A DNA stretch of 64,000 nt from Pirellulales bacterium (GCA_029246985.1 JAQWMC010000033.1:4794-68793); one strand, 5' to 3'. Shown: positions 19,370 to 29,887, numbered from the stretch's first letter. Numbers and translations are program-made. The notes: a model not told the origin generated them from the sequence alone.

Positions 19370-20326
19370 CTACCACCCTCCCAGCACGACAACCTTCCGA
19401 AATTGGCCCGCTGATCCGTCCGGTTTCATCCGTTCAATAACCACAGAAATTTCTTCACCTGGTTTATGTTCACCAATAATACGAGTACAGGCTCCAAAGT
19501 CACTGATTGCCGTTCCGTTGATTTCCGTAATGACATCTTGCGGCAACAATCCTGCTTTCTCTGCTGAAGAACCCGGTTGAATACCAGCAATGACGCACTG
19601 CCCCTGTAAAGGCATCCCGGCAATGCCTAACTTACCACCTTTTCGGACATCAATTTCAGTCTCTTTGAGCCGTTGCTTCAGCTGCTCGATCGCATCGTCT
19701 GAAAGACCGACACCGAATAGATCAAGACGCTCGATGCCCCGTAGCCTCCCCAGGGTTACGGCATCTCTTTGCATAAGTTGAAGACCGAACAAACTGACGT
19801 GAACCACTTTTTGTAGCCGTGTCACTAATTTCAACGAGCGACTGTCGCCCTTCCAGTCTTCAGCAATTTCAACACGCAGTCCGGAGGGACTAGCATCACT
19901 AAATATTGCTCCAAGTTCTTCAAGCTTCTTTCGCGCAGAAACAGCTTGCGCAGCATCAAAAAAATCAAGAGCTACTTCCGCCTGCTGAGCCACTGCCAGG
20001 CTCCCTTGCTCTGCGATTGATTCAAGGGATGCTTCGGCTTTATTTGATAACTGAGAATCATCCTGCCGAAGCATTGCTCGAAGAGCATCCACTGCTCGTG
20101 CAGCAACCTCAGAGTCATTTCCTCGGGCTGCATGCACCAGCTGATCGACAGCGATTTCACCCATTGCAACGAGCTGCCTCGAAGCAGCTTCTCTATCGGC
20201 ATATTGACTTGCACCGAGTTGAGCGATTGCTCGCGACACACGTTCGTCTTGCTCAGAACCATCAACTGCCTGCAGAACCAGTACTGTCAATAAAACAAGT
20301 ACAATTTGGGGAGCTAATCGAAGCAT
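19370..20326 (-). CDS. secreted HEAT/LRR-like repeat protein with a C-terminal PDZ domain
   Basis: The start at 20326 (MLRLAPQIVLVLLTVLVLQA) gives a signal peptide. The C-terminal PDZ pattern is ..GIQPGSSAEKAGLLPQDVITEINGTAI.. Confidence 0.6.
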   Translation of the reverse strand: MLRLAPQIVLVLLTVLVLQAVDGSEQDERVSRAIAQLGASQYADREAASRQLVAMGEIAVDQLVHAARGNDSEVAARAVDALRAMLRQDDSQLSNKAEASLESIAEQGSLAVAQQAEVALDFFDAAQAVSARKKLEELGAIFSDASPSGLRVEIAEDWKGDSRSLKLVTRLQKVVHVSLFGLQLMQRDAVTLGRLRGIERLDLFGVGLSDDAIEQLKQRLKETEIDVRKGGKLGIAGMPLQGQCVIAGIQPGSSAEKAGLLPQDVITEINGTAISDFGACTRIIGEHKPGEEISVVIERMKPDGSAGQFRKVVVLGGW

Positions 20327-20480
20327 GCAATCGTTCCACCCGTCAAAAAACACCTATGAGACAAAAACGCTTGCCTGACGTCTCTACGAATATATCAGTC
20401 TGAGACTGTCAAGCCTTATCCCGTTCTAGCAGGGTACACTTCAGTACAGCCAATCGACACCAACAAGGCTACCTGCATCA

Positions 20481-22475
20481 ATGAATTTACCAATTATTCA
20501 AACAAATACGCCAGCAGCTCCGCCATTACCGATGCACCCAAAAGATGTCATTGCCAGGGGGTGGGATAGCGTGGACATCGTTTTTGTTACAGGGGACGCC
20601 TACGTAGACCATCCTAGCTTTGCCAATGGCCTCCTTGCCAGACTCTTGGAATCAGAGGGATTTCGTATTGCCGTTCTCGCTCAACCAAACTGGCAAAATT
20701 GCCATGATTGGAGACAGTTCGGTCGACCGAATCTCTTCTTTGCCATCTCTGCTGGCAACATGGACTCCATGATTAATCATTACACCGCAAACCGTAAAGT
20801 CCGAAATGACGACGCCTACTCACCAGATGGTGAAATTGGACTACGCCCTGACCGAGCAACTTTAGCGTATTGTCAACGTTCAAGAGAGGCCTTCCCTGGG
20901 GTTCCAATTGTTGCCGGTGGAGTGGAAGCGAGCTTAAGGCGCATCGCTCATTATGATTACTGGAGCGACACGGTGCGTCGCTCGATTCTCCTCGATTCAA
21001 AAGCCGACTTGCTTGCCTTTGGTATGGGCGAACGCACAATCCTTGATATCGCAAAGGGTTTTGCCGCTGGAAAAACAGTTCAAGAGATGAGAACACTCCG
21101 AGGAGTCGCCTATCGCCTTGGAGCAAGTGAGTCATTTTCGATCGATGATAGTACTCGCGAACTTCCGGCGTATGAAGTAACCAAGGTTGATCATGACGCA
21201 TTTTGTGAGATGACTCGAATAAGTCATCTTGAGACGAATCCTCATAACGCCAAAAGGCTTGTACAGAGACATGGGCGAGAAGCAGTAGTCATTAATCCTC
21301 CGGCTTTGCCGCTTGAAGAACACGAGATGGATCGTGTCTACGCACTACCATTCACTCGTCGCCCTCATCCGCGATATGGCACAAAACGAATCCCAGCATT
21401 TGAAGTTGTTGAAAACAGCGTTCAAATCATGCGAGGCTGCTTTGGAGGCTGTACATTTTGCTCCATAACAGCCCACGAAGGTCGAATTATTCAGAGTCGT
21501 TCAAAGCAGTCAATTCTTTCTGAGGTCAAACAACTCGCAAACCAACCTGATTTCAAAGGCACGGTTTCCGACATTGGTGGCCCAACAGCCAACATGTACA
21601 AAATGCGTTGTATTCGACCAGATGTCGAGGCAAAGTGCCGTAGACTATCGTGTGTCCATCCCACAGTTTGCAAACTTCTTGGAACTGATCATGGGCCTCT
21701 GAAGGAGGTCATGCGGGAAACCCGATCGATTCCCGGCGTAAAACGTGTGCTTGTCGCAAGCGGTGTTCGAATGGATTTAGCACGTCGCGACCCAGAGTAT
21801 CTGCGGGAATTGGCCGAACACCATGTAGGCGGACATCTGAAAGTTGCACCTGAACACACCGACCCAGATGTACTCGACCTCATGAAAAAGCCTCCGGCAA
21901 CTGACTACATTGAGTTTGACAAGGCTTTCCGTGCTGCAAGTCGTCGAGTAGGCAAACGTCAATACACAGTTCCCTACTTTATTGCGAGTCATCCTGGGAG
22001 CGGGCTTAACGAAATGATTGACTTGGCACTGTTCTTGAAAAGGAATGGATACCGACCTGACCAGGTCCAGGATTTTATCCCCAGCCCTTTCGACATTGCA
22101 GCCTGCATGTATCACACAGGCCGTGATCCAATGACAGGAAAACCTGTCACTGTCACGAAAGGCCTGCGAAATCGAAGAATGCAAAAAGCGTTGCTTCAAT
22201 TTTTTAAACCAGAGAATTATTTTGAAGTGCGAAAAGCGCTTGAACACGTCGGGAGACAAGATCTGATTGGTTCTGGCTGCGACAGTTTAATCCCAGATCG
22301 ACCACCCCAAGAGGCTCTCAACAAAAAAAGGCGAGAGGCCAACCAATCATTCACAGAACAAAAGTCAGGGGATCACATTCGCGGACTAAGAAAAACAAAG
22401 AAAAAACAACGTGCCAGAGTGTCTAGGTCACAGAAAACTGTTGGATACAGGCCAAAGCGGTCAGGAAACGAATAA
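20481..22475 (+). CDS. ygiQ: YgiQ-family (UPF0313) radical SAM protein
   Basis: 664 aa with an N-terminal YgiQ-type domain (..DIVFVTGDAYVDHPSF..). The radical-SAM cluster motif CFGGCTFC is present, and the C-terminal tail is basic. Confidence 0.85.
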   Translation: MNLPIIQTNTPAAPPLPMHPKDVIARGWDSVDIVFVTGDAYVDHPSFANGLLARLLESEGFRIAVLAQPNWQNCHDWRQFGRPNLFFAISAGNMDSMINHYTANRKVRNDDAYSPDGEIGLRPDRATLAYCQRSREAFPGVPIVAGGVEASLRRIAHYDYWSDTVRRSILLDSKADLLAFGMGERTILDIAKGFAAGKTVQEMRTLRGVAYRLGASESFSIDDSTRELPAYEVTKVDHDAFCEMTRISHLETNPHNAKRLVQRHGREAVVINPPALPLEEHEMDRVYALPFTRRPHPRYGTKRIPAFEVVENSVQIMRGCFGGCTFCSITAHEGRIIQSRSKQSILSEVKQLANQPDFKGTVSDIGGPTANMYKMRCIRPDVEAKCRRLSCVHPTVCKLLGTDHGPLKEVMRETRSIPGVKRVLVASGVRMDLARRDPEYLRELAEHHVGGHLKVAPEHTDPDVLDLMKKPPATDYIEFDKAFRAASRRVGKRQYTVPYFIASHPGSGLNEMIDLALFLKRNGYRPDQVQDFIPSPFDIAACMYHTGRDPMTGKPVTVTKGLRNRRMQKALLQFFKPENYFEVRKALEHVGRQDLIGSGCDSLIPDRPPQEALNKKRREANQSFTEQKSGDHIRGLRKTKKKQRARVSRSQKTVGYRPKRSGNE

Positions 22476-22586
22476 TTCCTTCACATTTCTACCCTGCCCA
22501 ATAAAACAGCTTGATCTCCACATATCGCCTGCAATCATTCGTGCGTGCAATCCGACTGTCAGGACAAACAGAAAGAGGAACCTTAA

Positions 22587-22910
22587 GTGACACGGTCCAT
22601 ACTCCTCACCCTTATAACGGTATCGATCCTTGGCATGTCGGTGTGCTGTCGTTCCGCAGAAGCAATCAGCCCAAGAAATCCATACCGATCTTTTAATTTG
22701 GGTGGCGTGAACTATGGTTCAATGCGTTGGGAACGTACGCATCGCCAAGGACGAAGTAGCTGGCCGAAGAACAAGTCTGCTCGACGACCTCAGGCACGTG
22801 GAAACAGGACCACGATGATTGGCAGCATTTCCAGTGGCGTCTTCTTACAACGCAATGAATCCAGCAATCAGGTGAATCAGAGCGATGGAACAATAAAGTC
22901 ATCTCGCTGA
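22587..22910 (+). CDS. small secreted basic protein (hypothetical)
   Basis: 107 aa with a GTG start preceded by AGAGGAA. The N-terminus is signal-like (ILLTLITVSILGMSVCC). I recognise no homology. It overlaps the convergent downstream gene by 12 nt. Confidence 0.35.
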   Translation: MTRSILLTLITVSILGMSVCCRSAEAISPRNPYRSFNLGGVNYGSMRWERTHRQGRSSWPKNKSARRPQARGNRTTMIGSISSGVFLQRNESSNQVNQSDGTIKSSR

Positions 22911-24056
22911 TTCTGTTTCGCTTGCACAACTCGGTGAATCATCTTGGTAAATCCGATACTTCTTTGTTACGAGTGCGCCTCCTCGTTCAAGAGTTCGCTT
23001 CGAAAGATGATTGCTTTCTAAAACCCAAGAAAACTCCACCTCCTTCATGCCCCAGTTGTAAAGTCTCGGCACAAGGGCGGCGTGCAGAACCAAACCGACT
23101 CCCCAAGCTTGATACTCCGGAACGACATTCGTGCTGATTGCTCTCATTCTTTTGATAGCTGACTTATTCCATAGTAATTTTAAAAAGCCAAACGGGAAAA
23201 GTCGCCCATTCATAGCTTTGATACGTGGGTTGTAGTCGAGTAAGCAGAAAACAGTACCGATAGGCTTGCCGTCAACTTCAGCTACCAGGGAAAGTTCTGG
23301 GACGATCAGGTGCTTCAAATGAGCAGCCATGTGATTCACTTCCCCCTGTGAAAGAGGAACAAACCCCCACGTTCCCGCAAGACTCGTATTATAAATATCA
23401 AGAAACATTCGGACTTCGTCGGTAAACCGTGCTCGATCAAGAGATCGAACTGAAACTCCAAAACGCTCCTTAACGCCTTCGACCATTACGCCAAGTTTTG
23501 AATCAATGCCTTCGAGCATCGACATCTCACCCCAAAAAGCGTAGAGGTCTTCGATTTTTTTGAAACCATTCGCTTCAATAAGATCTGCATAATAAGGACG
23601 ATTATGTGTCATCATAAAAAATGGTGGAGTTGCAAATCCCTCAATCAATAAGCCGCACTCATAATTCAGAGATGGATTGACCGGGCCACGTATGGAAGTC
23701 ATGCCCTGATCCGATAACCACTTCTTTGCAGCATTGAATAATTGGGTAGTCGCCTCTAAATCATCCGCACATTCAAAGAAACCAAAGAAACCACGGTTTT
23801 CTTTGTAACGTTCTATATGACCAACATTAACAATTGCTGTAATACGGCCAACGTCTCGACCACCACGTGTTGCTAAAAAAGACTTCGTCTTATTGCGTTC
23901 GTAGAATGGATGTGGATGAAACCCTAGTAACTCTTCCTGAGCACGTCGCAGCGGAGGAATCCAGCAGGGGTCACTGGCATATATCTGCCAAGGCAGGTCT
24001 ATAAACCGGCGCTGCTGACGACGATGAACAACCGGTTCGATGCTGATGGCCGACAC
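22899..24056 (-). CDS. GNAT-fold acyltransferase-like protein (about 385-aa family)
   Basis: GTG start. The N-terminal pattern ..RRFIDLPWQIYASDPCWIPPL.. and the overall length resemble a long GNAT-family group. This assignment is from memory only. Confidence 0.5.
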   Translation of the reverse strand: MSAISIEPVVHRRQQRRFIDLPWQIYASDPCWIPPLRRAQEELLGFHPHPFYERNKTKSFLATRGGRDVGRITAIVNVGHIERYKENRGFFGFFECADDLEATTQLFNAAKKWLSDQGMTSIRGPVNPSLNYECGLLIEGFATPPFFMMTHNRPYYADLIEANGFKKIEDLYAFWGEMSMLEGIDSKLGVMVEGVKERFGVSVRSLDRARFTDEVRMFLDIYNTSLAGTWGFVPLSQGEVNHMAAHLKHLIVPELSLVAEVDGKPIGTVFCLLDYNPRIKAMNGRLFPFGFLKLLWNKSAIKRMRAISTNVVPEYQAWGVGLVLHAALVPRLYNWGMKEVEFSWVLESNHLSKRTLERGGALVTKKYRIYQDDSPSCASETESAR

Positions 24057-24326
24057 GCAAACCCCCTCTAAATAGTGGCTTTATCTGCTTTTGGAAATTC
24101 TCCAAAACATGTTCGTATTACCTGTAAATTCTCGACTAACACCGAGGAAAACGTCAATGTCAGCTTCCACCAGAACGAATCAAATTTTGTATAAGTTGCC
24201 TCAGAATTTTTTCCGATTTAACTCAAAAATACAGAATTTTCGCTGATTCACCGAATTTATTTACCGCAAAGCCTTCAAGCCGCATACATCGAATATCGAC
24301 GTAGTGAACACTTGATCTTGATAACC

Positions 24327-25442
24327 ATGTCAGATGTCCTCAACTCATACCGCGACGGCAGCAAAAGGTCCTGTCTTGTCACTGGCGCTACTGGTTTGGT
24401 TGGTAATAATGTTGTTAGAAAGTTTCTGGATACCGGCTGGAACGTCAGAGTGTTGGTTCGCCCTCGCCACAGTGGGACGACTGCAGCACTGGAAGGACTC
24501 CCGGTCCAAAAGATCTTTGGTCAACTCGAGGATACAAATAGTCTCCAAAGAGCTGTTGATGGAGTCGATCTCGTCATTCACTCAGCTGCAATGGTTCACT
24601 GTGGCTGGCGTTACTACGACGAGATGTATCGAGTCAATGTCGAGGGGACAACTCATCTTTCCAAGATTGCACGTATTGCAGGAGTTCGATTCATTCATGT
24701 CTCGAGTGTTGATGCTCTCGGCTTGCGCTCAGATGGCACCCCCGCGAATGAAGAAACTCCTCCCGGAGGTATGATTGAGTGTCCTTATGTATTAACAAAG
24801 AGAATGGCCGAGTCTGCTGTCTTAGATCAAGTTGAACGTGGTTTGGATGCTGTTATTGTGAACCCTGTTTACATGATTGGACCCTGGGACTGGAAGCCAT
24901 CGAGTGGCCGGATGCTTCTCGAGGTTGGTAGTGGGAAAGGTCTACTCGCTCCACCAGGCGCCAACGACTTTGCTGATGTCCGTGATGTTGTGAGTGGCAT
25001 TGAAGCTGCTAACGAACGAGGTCAAACAGGTCGTCGCTATATCCTAGGAGGCCATGCCCTCACATATTTTGATGCTTGGAAAATTTTTGCCAAAGTAACG
25101 AATCGTCGTCCTCCGATCGGAAATGCTCCACCACTAGCAGTGCGTGCAGCCGGACGGCTCGGAGACTTTGCCGGTCTATTCCTCAAACGAGAACCTCCCG
25201 TAAATTCAGCATCAGCGGCTATGTCAATGCTGCGTCACAACTTCTCATGCCAACGAGCATTCGATGAGTTAGGATACAAAATACGGCCATTAGAAGTTGC
25301 TGCTACTGATGCTTGGGCATGGTTTTGTGAAAATGGTTACGCCAAAAATCTTGGAGAGCGTTACACTCAATCAGAATCATGCCAAACATCTTACTCGTCG
25401 AAGACGAGGAACATCTCGCCATCGGCATCCGGTACAACCTGA
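24327..25442 (+). CDS. NAD(P)-dependent epimerase/dehydratase (extended SDR; dihydroflavonol-reductase-like)
   Basis: Rossmann motif VTGATGLVGNNVV and the YxxxK region (..CPYVLTKRMAE..) are present. I prefer the ATG at 24327. The 3' end overlaps the response-regulator start by 64 nt. Confidence 0.8.
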   Translation: MSDVLNSYRDGSKRSCLVTGATGLVGNNVVRKFLDTGWNVRVLVRPRHSGTTAALEGLPVQKIFGQLEDTNSLQRAVDGVDLVIHSAAMVHCGWRYYDEMYRVNVEGTTHLSKIARIAGVRFIHVSSVDALGLRSDGTPANEETPPGGMIECPYVLTKRMAESAVLDQVERGLDAVIVNPVYMIGPWDWKPSSGRMLLEVGSGKGLLAPPGANDFADVRDVVSGIEAANERGQTGRRYILGGHALTYFDAWKIFAKVTNRRPPIGNAPPLAVRAAGRLGDFAGLFLKREPPVNSASAAMSMLRHNFSCQRAFDELGYKIRPLEVAATDAWAWFCENGYAKNLGERYTQSESCQTSYSSKTRNISPSASGTT

Positions 25443-26119
25443 CATCCGAAGGCCTGACGGTAACGACCGCTGCTGATGGACAGGAAGCCTTGGCTATTCT
25501 CAATGAGCCAAATGCTGATATCGATCTTGTTGTACTCGACGTCATGTTGCCCGGTATGAGTGGATATGCAGTCTGTGAAGAACTCCGCTCTCGAGGCAGC
25601 CTTATACCAGTTGTCATGCTTACCGCTCGAACGTTAGTAGAAGACCGTATTCGAGGGTTTGATGCTGGAGCAGACGTTTACCTGCAGAAGCCCTTTGATC
25701 TTGATGAACTTCTCTCAGTCATCAGAAGTCTCCTCAGTCGACGTAAGAACAGCTCAGCATCTCCCCCGGAGGAACCTGCGACAAGTCGCTCTGAGAACAG
25801 CTTTTCATTTGGAAAAGCTCATATCAATTTCGACACGTGGGAAGCCTATTGCGACAGTCGCCAGATTCGGCTCACAGCGCTTGAAATGAAACTTCTTCGG
25901 TATCTTATCGAGCATGAAGGACTTGTATTGTCCAGAACCGAGTTGCTTATGAATGTCTGGGGAATGGATCGTGCGCCTGCAACACGGACTGTCGACACAT
26001 TCATGCTGAACTTGCGAAAGTCATTTGAAGAAAATCCTTCCCAGCCCCGTCACTTCATATCTGTACGCGGTGCCGGATATCGATTTATCAGCAACTCGAC
26101 AGAAAATCCTGAGACCTGA
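25379..26119 (+). CDS. OmpR/PhoB-family response regulator
   Basis: 246 aa. The receiver domain is ..ILLVEDEEHL..DLVVLDVMLPGMSGY..MLTA... The C-terminal winged-helix pattern is ..LTALEMKLLRYL..TVDTFMLNLRKS..VRGAGYRF. Confidence 0.85.
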   Translation: MPNILLVEDEEHLAIGIRYNLTSEGLTVTTAADGQEALAILNEPNADIDLVVLDVMLPGMSGYAVCEELRSRGSLIPVVMLTARTLVEDRIRGFDAGADVYLQKPFDLDELLSVIRSLLSRRKNSSASPPEEPATSRSENSFSFGKAHINFDTWEAYCDSRQIRLTALEMKLLRYLIEHEGLVLSRTELLMNVWGMDRAPATRTVDTFMLNLRKSFEENPSQPRHFISVRGAGYRFISNSTENPET

Positions 26120-26129
26120 ACGGCTTCAG

Positions 26130-26915
26130 CTACAGTTTCCCAAGAAGTGCAGCAGCAGCGTCTGATGGATCTGAACTGCTCAAAAGAGATTCACCAACGA
26201 GAATCGCCCCGACTCCAGCAGCCTCGAGTTGCTCAACATCTGCTCGTGTACGAATTCCACTTTCAGCCACGAGCACACATTCTGACGGTACTTTTTCTTG
26301 TAGCTTCAGGACATGATTAATATCAGTCTTCATTGTAATAAGGTCCCGATTATTAATCCCTATAAGCGTTGCACCTAGATCAAGCACTCGGGAAAGGTTT
26401 TCTTCACTATGCAATTCAACCAGTGGTGTCATTCCAAGATCAATTACTTCTCGATACAAGCTTCTTAAAAGACAGTCATCTAAACACTCCGCAATGAGAA
26501 GAACGGCATCGGCTCCATAGAGACGTGCCTCATTCACCTGGTAGGAATCAATAATGAATTCTTTTCTCAGGGTTGGTAGAGAGGATGCCTTCCTCGCAGC
26601 CCTGAGGTCATCCAGAGAACCACCAAAGTCTTCACCATCGGTTAAAATAGAAAGTGCAGCGGCTCCAGCTTTTTCATACCCACGAACTATCTCTGCAGGC
26701 TCAGCACCGGGACGAATTTCACCCGCTGAAGGACTACATCGCTTAAATTCGGCAATTAACCGTATTCCACCGGCTTCGGAAACAGCCGCAAAGAAGTCAC
26801 GTGGCCGATCAGAATCCTCAAGTTTTTCCTTGATGCTGGAAAGCGGACGTATTGCCTTCGACTCAGCGACTTCTTTTTGTTTTCGACTGATGATTCTGTC
26901 GAGTACTGACGACAT
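26130..26915 (-). CDS. trpC: indole-3-glycerol phosphate synthase
   Basis: 261 aa. IGPS motifs are present: ..LIAEFKRCSPSAG.., ..ALSILTD..FGGS.., ..LRKEFI.., ..IGINNRDL.. Confidence 0.9.
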   Translation of the reverse strand: MSSVLDRIISRKQKEVAESKAIRPLSSIKEKLEDSDRPRDFFAAVSEAGGIRLIAEFKRCSPSAGEIRPGAEPAEIVRGYEKAGAAALSILTDGEDFGGSLDDLRAARKASSLPTLRKEFIIDSYQVNEARLYGADAVLLIAECLDDCLLRSLYREVIDLGMTPLVELHSEENLSRVLDLGATLIGINNRDLITMKTDINHVLKLQEKVPSECVLVAESGIRTRADVEQLEAAGVGAILVGESLLSSSDPSDAAAALLGKL

Positions 26916-27062
26916 CGCTCACTCGCATTATTAGGGAAATGAAAACGGATTGGTTTTGGCACGTTCTTTTTCGTCACAAGCAGCAATTGGAATTCCCTAC
27001 CGCTCCAAACGACATCCACGGTATTGGTCCAAATATTCTGACTTCTGCGTACTTTGATTCTA

Positions 27063-28751
27063 CTAGTGTCTAAAGTGACGTCGCGATGTGAAGACCATCG
27101 GCAGCTTCGCAGCGTTTGCGGCGGCAATTACCTCTGGATCTCGCTTTGAACCTCCGGGCTGGATGATCGCCGCAACACCTGCTTGTCGAATGAAATCGAT
27201 GGAATCTGGAAATGGAAAAAATGCATCTGATGCGAGGACACTTCCTCTCGCCCGATCTCCGGCCTTTTCTAATGCTATTCGCACTGCGTCAACTCGGCTC
27301 GTTTGACCCACACCGGCTCCCACAAGACTTGTTCCCTGACAAACCGCAATGGCATTACTTGTGAGTCGTCGCACCATGGTGAAGGCAAAGTCGAGCGGCT
27401 GCGTCAAATCTTTTGCAGGTGCCTCGTGGGTTACAACCTGCCACGCAGCCGGGTCATCTGGTGTCTCGTCTGGTCGCTGTGCCAGCATTGCACCAGCCAC
27501 ACTTCGAAGCTCGAGACCAGCCGTAGGACCCCATGGATCACCCGGTGGCACCTCAACCAACCGCACACTTGCTTTCCATGGCGGACGTGTTTTGAGAGCC
27601 TCGACTGCCTCTGCAGTGAAAGCCGGTGCGGCGATTACCTCAACGAACATTCCCGGCTTGAGCAGACACTCCGCTGCCGCTGCATCGAAAACGCGATTGA
27701 CTGCAACTATTGAACCAAATGCACTTGTTGGATCTGCTGCCATAGCTGCTTCAAGCGCTTCATCGATAGTTGCTGCGCTGGCTGCACCACAGGGATTCGT
27801 GTGTTTGATAACTGCCGCTCCAGAATTCTGAATCAATCCAGCAATACGAACTGCGGCATCCAAGTCCAGTAGATTGTTATACGAGAGCTCCTTACCAGAG
27901 AGTTGCTTCAAACCAGCAAGACCGAAATGGGTGTCCGCTGGTGCATACATTGCAGCCGACTGGTGCGGATTTTCACCGTAACGCAAAGGCAACCTGCGCT
28001 CAAGGCTAAGCGTTAGCCGAGTTGGTAATGGCGGGGCGTCAGGATGATGTTCACTCGAAATCGGTTTTGCTTCGCCCGCAATCAACCCTGCGTGCCCTGC
28101 CATCCAGTGAGCAATGACGGCGTCGTATTCGGCAGTACGTTCAAAAGCTTGGGCCGCAAACAACCGTCTTTCTACGAGCGTCGTTCCACCACGGCTGATT
28201 GCGGCTGCCGCCGCGTCGTATTGATCGGGGTCTGTCACCACTGCACTAAAGGCATGATTCTTGGCAGCTGCACGAACCAAGCTTGGTCCACCGATATCAA
28301 TCAATTCGATTGCATCATCTGCCGTACACCCATCGCGGCTAATGACGCTTGCAAACGGATACAAATTCACAACGACAAGTTCAAACCGATCAATTCCGTG
28401 TTCAGCCAAAACTTCAAGATCATCTTCTCTATCGCCACGAGCCAAAATTCCAGCAAAAATATTTGGATGAAGTGTCTTCACTCGTCCATCAAGTATTTCA
28501 GGGAAACCTGTTACTGAAGACACATCCTCAACAGAGACACCATAGCCCTCAAGAGCCCGCGCCGTTCCACCGGTACTAACAGCTACTATTCCAGCGGCCT
28601 TCAATGCAGTAGCAAGCCGATCCAGTCCAGTTTTATCGTAGACACTTACCAACGCACGACGTATTGGCAACACTTCAGTGTCACCGTCGTATTTTTTGCT
28701 CTGGTCAGGATCGACATGTGATTTCGAAGAGGTCGAGGGAGAATGGGGCAT
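27063..28751 (-). CDS. purH: bifunctional AICAR transformylase / IMP cyclohydrolase
   Basis: 562 aa. An MGS-like N-domain (..RALVSVYDKTGL..GGTA..VKTLHP.I..GIL) is followed by an AICARFT domain (..YGENPHQ.., ..SYNNLLD.., ..KHTNPCG.., ..VASDAFFPF..). Confidence 0.9.
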   Translation of the reverse strand: MPHSPSTSSKSHVDPDQSKKYDGDTEVLPIRRALVSVYDKTGLDRLATALKAAGIVAVSTGGTARALEGYGVSVEDVSSVTGFPEILDGRVKTLHPNIFAGILARGDREDDLEVLAEHGIDRFELVVVNLYPFASVISRDGCTADDAIELIDIGGPSLVRAAAKNHAFSAVVTDPDQYDAAAAAISRGGTTLVERRLFAAQAFERTAEYDAVIAHWMAGHAGLIAGEAKPISSEHHPDAPPLPTRLTLSLERRLPLRYGENPHQSAAMYAPADTHFGLAGLKQLSGKELSYNNLLDLDAAVRIAGLIQNSGAAVIKHTNPCGAASAATIDEALEAAMAADPTSAFGSIVAVNRVFDAAAAECLLKPGMFVEVIAAPAFTAEAVEALKTRPPWKASVRLVEVPPGDPWGPTAGLELRSVAGAMLAQRPDETPDDPAAWQVVTHEAPAKDLTQPLDFAFTMVRRLTSNAIAVCQGTSLVGAGVGQTSRVDAVRIALEKAGDRARGSVLASDAFFPFPDSIDFIRQAGVAAIIQPGGSKRDPEVIAAANAAKLPMVFTSRRHFRH

Positions 28752-28851
28752 GGTAATTCAAATCGGAGGGGATAGAGGGACGGCATGATTGCCTGAATTC
28801 ATGATTAGAACCGGCAACACGGTTTACTCAAAGGGTTCCGCATAGCTCCGG

Positions 28852-29796
28852 TCAATGAGGCATGTCTTCGGCAGAGTTTACCTTCTGCAGATCGACTTCA
28901 ATGATGGTGCCTCGTTTGGTCAAGCGACCTTTCACAAAAACACGACCCCTTAACTGTTTGACGATTGATTTAACAAGATACAGCCCCAGCCCAGTTCCAG
29001 GCGTAGCCCGTTCCAGTTCACTTCCTAATCGAACAAAACGTCGAAACACCTGCCCACGATCTGCTATCGGAATCCCGGGGCCATTATCTGCCACCCGAAC
29101 CAGTACGCGACTTTTCTTCGTGACTTCAACTGTCGCATCGACGTGTGGTTCAGGAAGCGAGTACTTCACTGCATTATCGATAAGGTTTCGAAATACTATT
29201 TCAATGTCCGCTTCCCTGCCCTGTACAAAAACATCCTCTAGCTCTTTCTCTACATTGATCACAATACAATCGTGCTGAACGTTATGACGATCAGCAACCC
29301 GTACGGCTGCCTCCTTAAGGACTGGAACAATCTTGGTCGCTTCAGCAATTGATAATGCTGGACGATGCATCGTTTTTGCCGCATCGAGAAGATGGTCGAT
29401 CAGAGTGTCGAGCCGCTCTACATCCTGCAGCATGAATCGATGGAAATCTGATTGTTCTGCGGGTGGTACTGGTCGACGGATCAGGGTTTGCAGATAGAGC
29501 TTCAGCGACGCAAGCGGACTTTTGAGTTCGTGAGTCACGCTATCAATAAAGTTACTTTGCCGCTGTGAGAGAGCAATTGCCTTGACTGCCAGAGCAAAGT
29601 AGATGATGACGCCAACGAGTACAAGAATAAGAAGCGACACGCCAACAGCGAGTAACGCCCAATAGAACGCAGCGTTTTGAGAGCCCAGTGCAGCAGAGAT
29701 ACTGACAAGAACCCATCCAACTCCAAGCGTGATAATGGAACTAATTAAGACCACACCAAGCGTGATTGGCCAACCAAGTGATCGCCGCGGTTCCAC
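28852..29796 (-). CDS. sensor histidine kinase with two N-terminal TM segments and almost no periplasmic loop
   Basis: 314 aa with a GTG start. The H-box is ..FIDSVTHELKSPL... The N, G1 and G2 boxes are ..NLIDNAVKYS.., ..DNGPGI.., ..GTGLGL.. Confidence 0.85.
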   Translation of the reverse strand: MEPRRSLGWPITLGVVLISSIITLGVGWVLVSISAALGSQNAAFYWALLAVGVSLLILVLVGVIIYFALAVKAIALSQRQSNFIDSVTHELKSPLASLKLYLQTLIRRPVPPAEQSDFHRFMLQDVERLDTLIDHLLDAAKTMHRPALSIAEATKIVPVLKEAAVRVADRHNVQHDCIVINVEKELEDVFVQGREADIEIVFRNLIDNAVKYSLPEPHVDATVEVTKKSRVLVRVADNGPGIPIADRGQVFRRFVRLGSELERATPGTGLGLYLVKSIVKQLRGRVFVKGRLTKRGTIIEVDLQKVNSAEDMPH

Positions 29797-29887
29797 AAGA
29801 TCTCCTCATTTCGGGTAATCTCAACCTACCGTGCTACGCACGTGATGTGAAATCTGCCTTCATGAACCCCGTCTAGTTCGTACAAAT

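Noticed and set aside
24202-24259. Direct repeats CAGAATTTT (24202 and 24232) and CCGAATTTA (24251) in the divergent promoter region between the GNAT-like and SDR genes.
   Set aside because: - These are short AT-rich words in an AT-rich promoter spacer, so the chance expectation is high.
- There is no dyad symmetry and no regulator encoded adjacent to them.
25379-25442. The 64-nt overlap between the SDR epimerase gene and the response-regulator gene, considered as a sign of a frameshift or pseudogene.
   Set aside because: - Both reading frames are intact, with complete domain sets.
- The SDR C-terminal tail is simply unconserved.
- The overlap is more likely a slightly over-extended stop context than a disruption.
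27088-28579. Several 70-160-aa plus-strand ORFs inside purH.
   Set aside because: They lie antisense to a strongly supported purH reading frame, and their products are low-complexity and Arg/Ser/Cys-rich, which is typical of shadow ORFs.
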